A DNA stretch of 64,000 nucleotides from Podarcis pityusensis (Eukaryota). The stretch lies in the NCBI GenBank assembly GCA_964106645.2, contig OZ067043.1; one strand, given 5' to 3'. The stretch's first letter is position 1, and each line of letters begins with the position of its first letter. The notes below the pieces were generated by a model. The model saw nothing but the letters and a program-made list of their open reading frames with translations, did not search any database and was not told where the DNA came from. Shown in pieces: positions 63,424 through 64,000 of this stretch. A program made the position numbers and the translations under genes.

Positions 63424-64000
63424 AAGTAGTGTAATTAGTAGTCACTGCTTCTTGAGCTGCAAGACAGCACTGAAAGATGGATATCACTTGCATGAACTGG
63501 CATAGAAGCATAAACATTGCAGTGGCTGGATCAGTGTAACTATCAATTGTCCTTTGCTTTGATAGACCTCCCACCTCTGCAGGAGACTTCTTCACCCAGT
63601 CTGAGTTAAGTGCTTTATGTACAAATTAGTTTTACCTAATAGAGTGACAAGGTAGCAAATGACCTACGTTTGGTAGTTCATTAATACTACCCTCTTCGTG
63701 ACAGAAACCTTTGCATCCAGGGATGAAACAATTGTCTTTCCAGACACCCAGATCTCTACAGTATCTGCAGGGGACAGAAAGCAGGGGGCCCAGTAGGTGG
63801 GAGAGGGAGAACAACAACAACCTTGCTTCTGGAACACAAACTTCCAAACCTGTTAAATTTTATTTGTGCCTCTGTGCGCCATGAAAGTTAGCAGCTTGGT
63901 TAAATGGAGCTTTTAAGACTACTGCATGGGTGTAATGAAGATGCACCCAGTGCCTGCCCTCAATAAGGTGAGGCCTGTTAAGTAGATTGCAAAATTCATT

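Overview
Vertebrate genomic DNA, very probably from a squamate (lacertid-like lizard, inferred from the Sauria SINE and BovB content). The window holds the 3' part of DLGAP4 (SAPAP4) on the + strand. A complete short isoform can be assembled: join(12366..12396,52870..53231,56823..56914,57365..57774,58801..58892,59518..59670,60547..60765) = 1359 nt, 452 aa. It starts MALCLELFKQC from a CpG-island internal promoter, ends in the Shank-PDZ ligand QTRL, and is followed by a ~2.6 kb 3'UTR with AATAAA at 63368. A second intronic CpG island (~26.3-27.2 kb) looks like another internal promoter. The introns contain BovB, CR1 and L2-like LINE relics, SINEs, and hAT and Tc1/mariner-type MITEs, several of them nested. 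The most unusual object is a Penelope-like retroelement insertion (55721-55946, 15-bp TSD) forming a perfect, spacer-less 190-bp palindrome with a minimal hammerhead ribozyme in each arm, ~0.9 kb upstream of an exon flanked by RBFOX motifs. No prokaryotic-type features, rRNA or genuine tRNA genes were found. Repeat family names come from recognising sequence, not from database searches.
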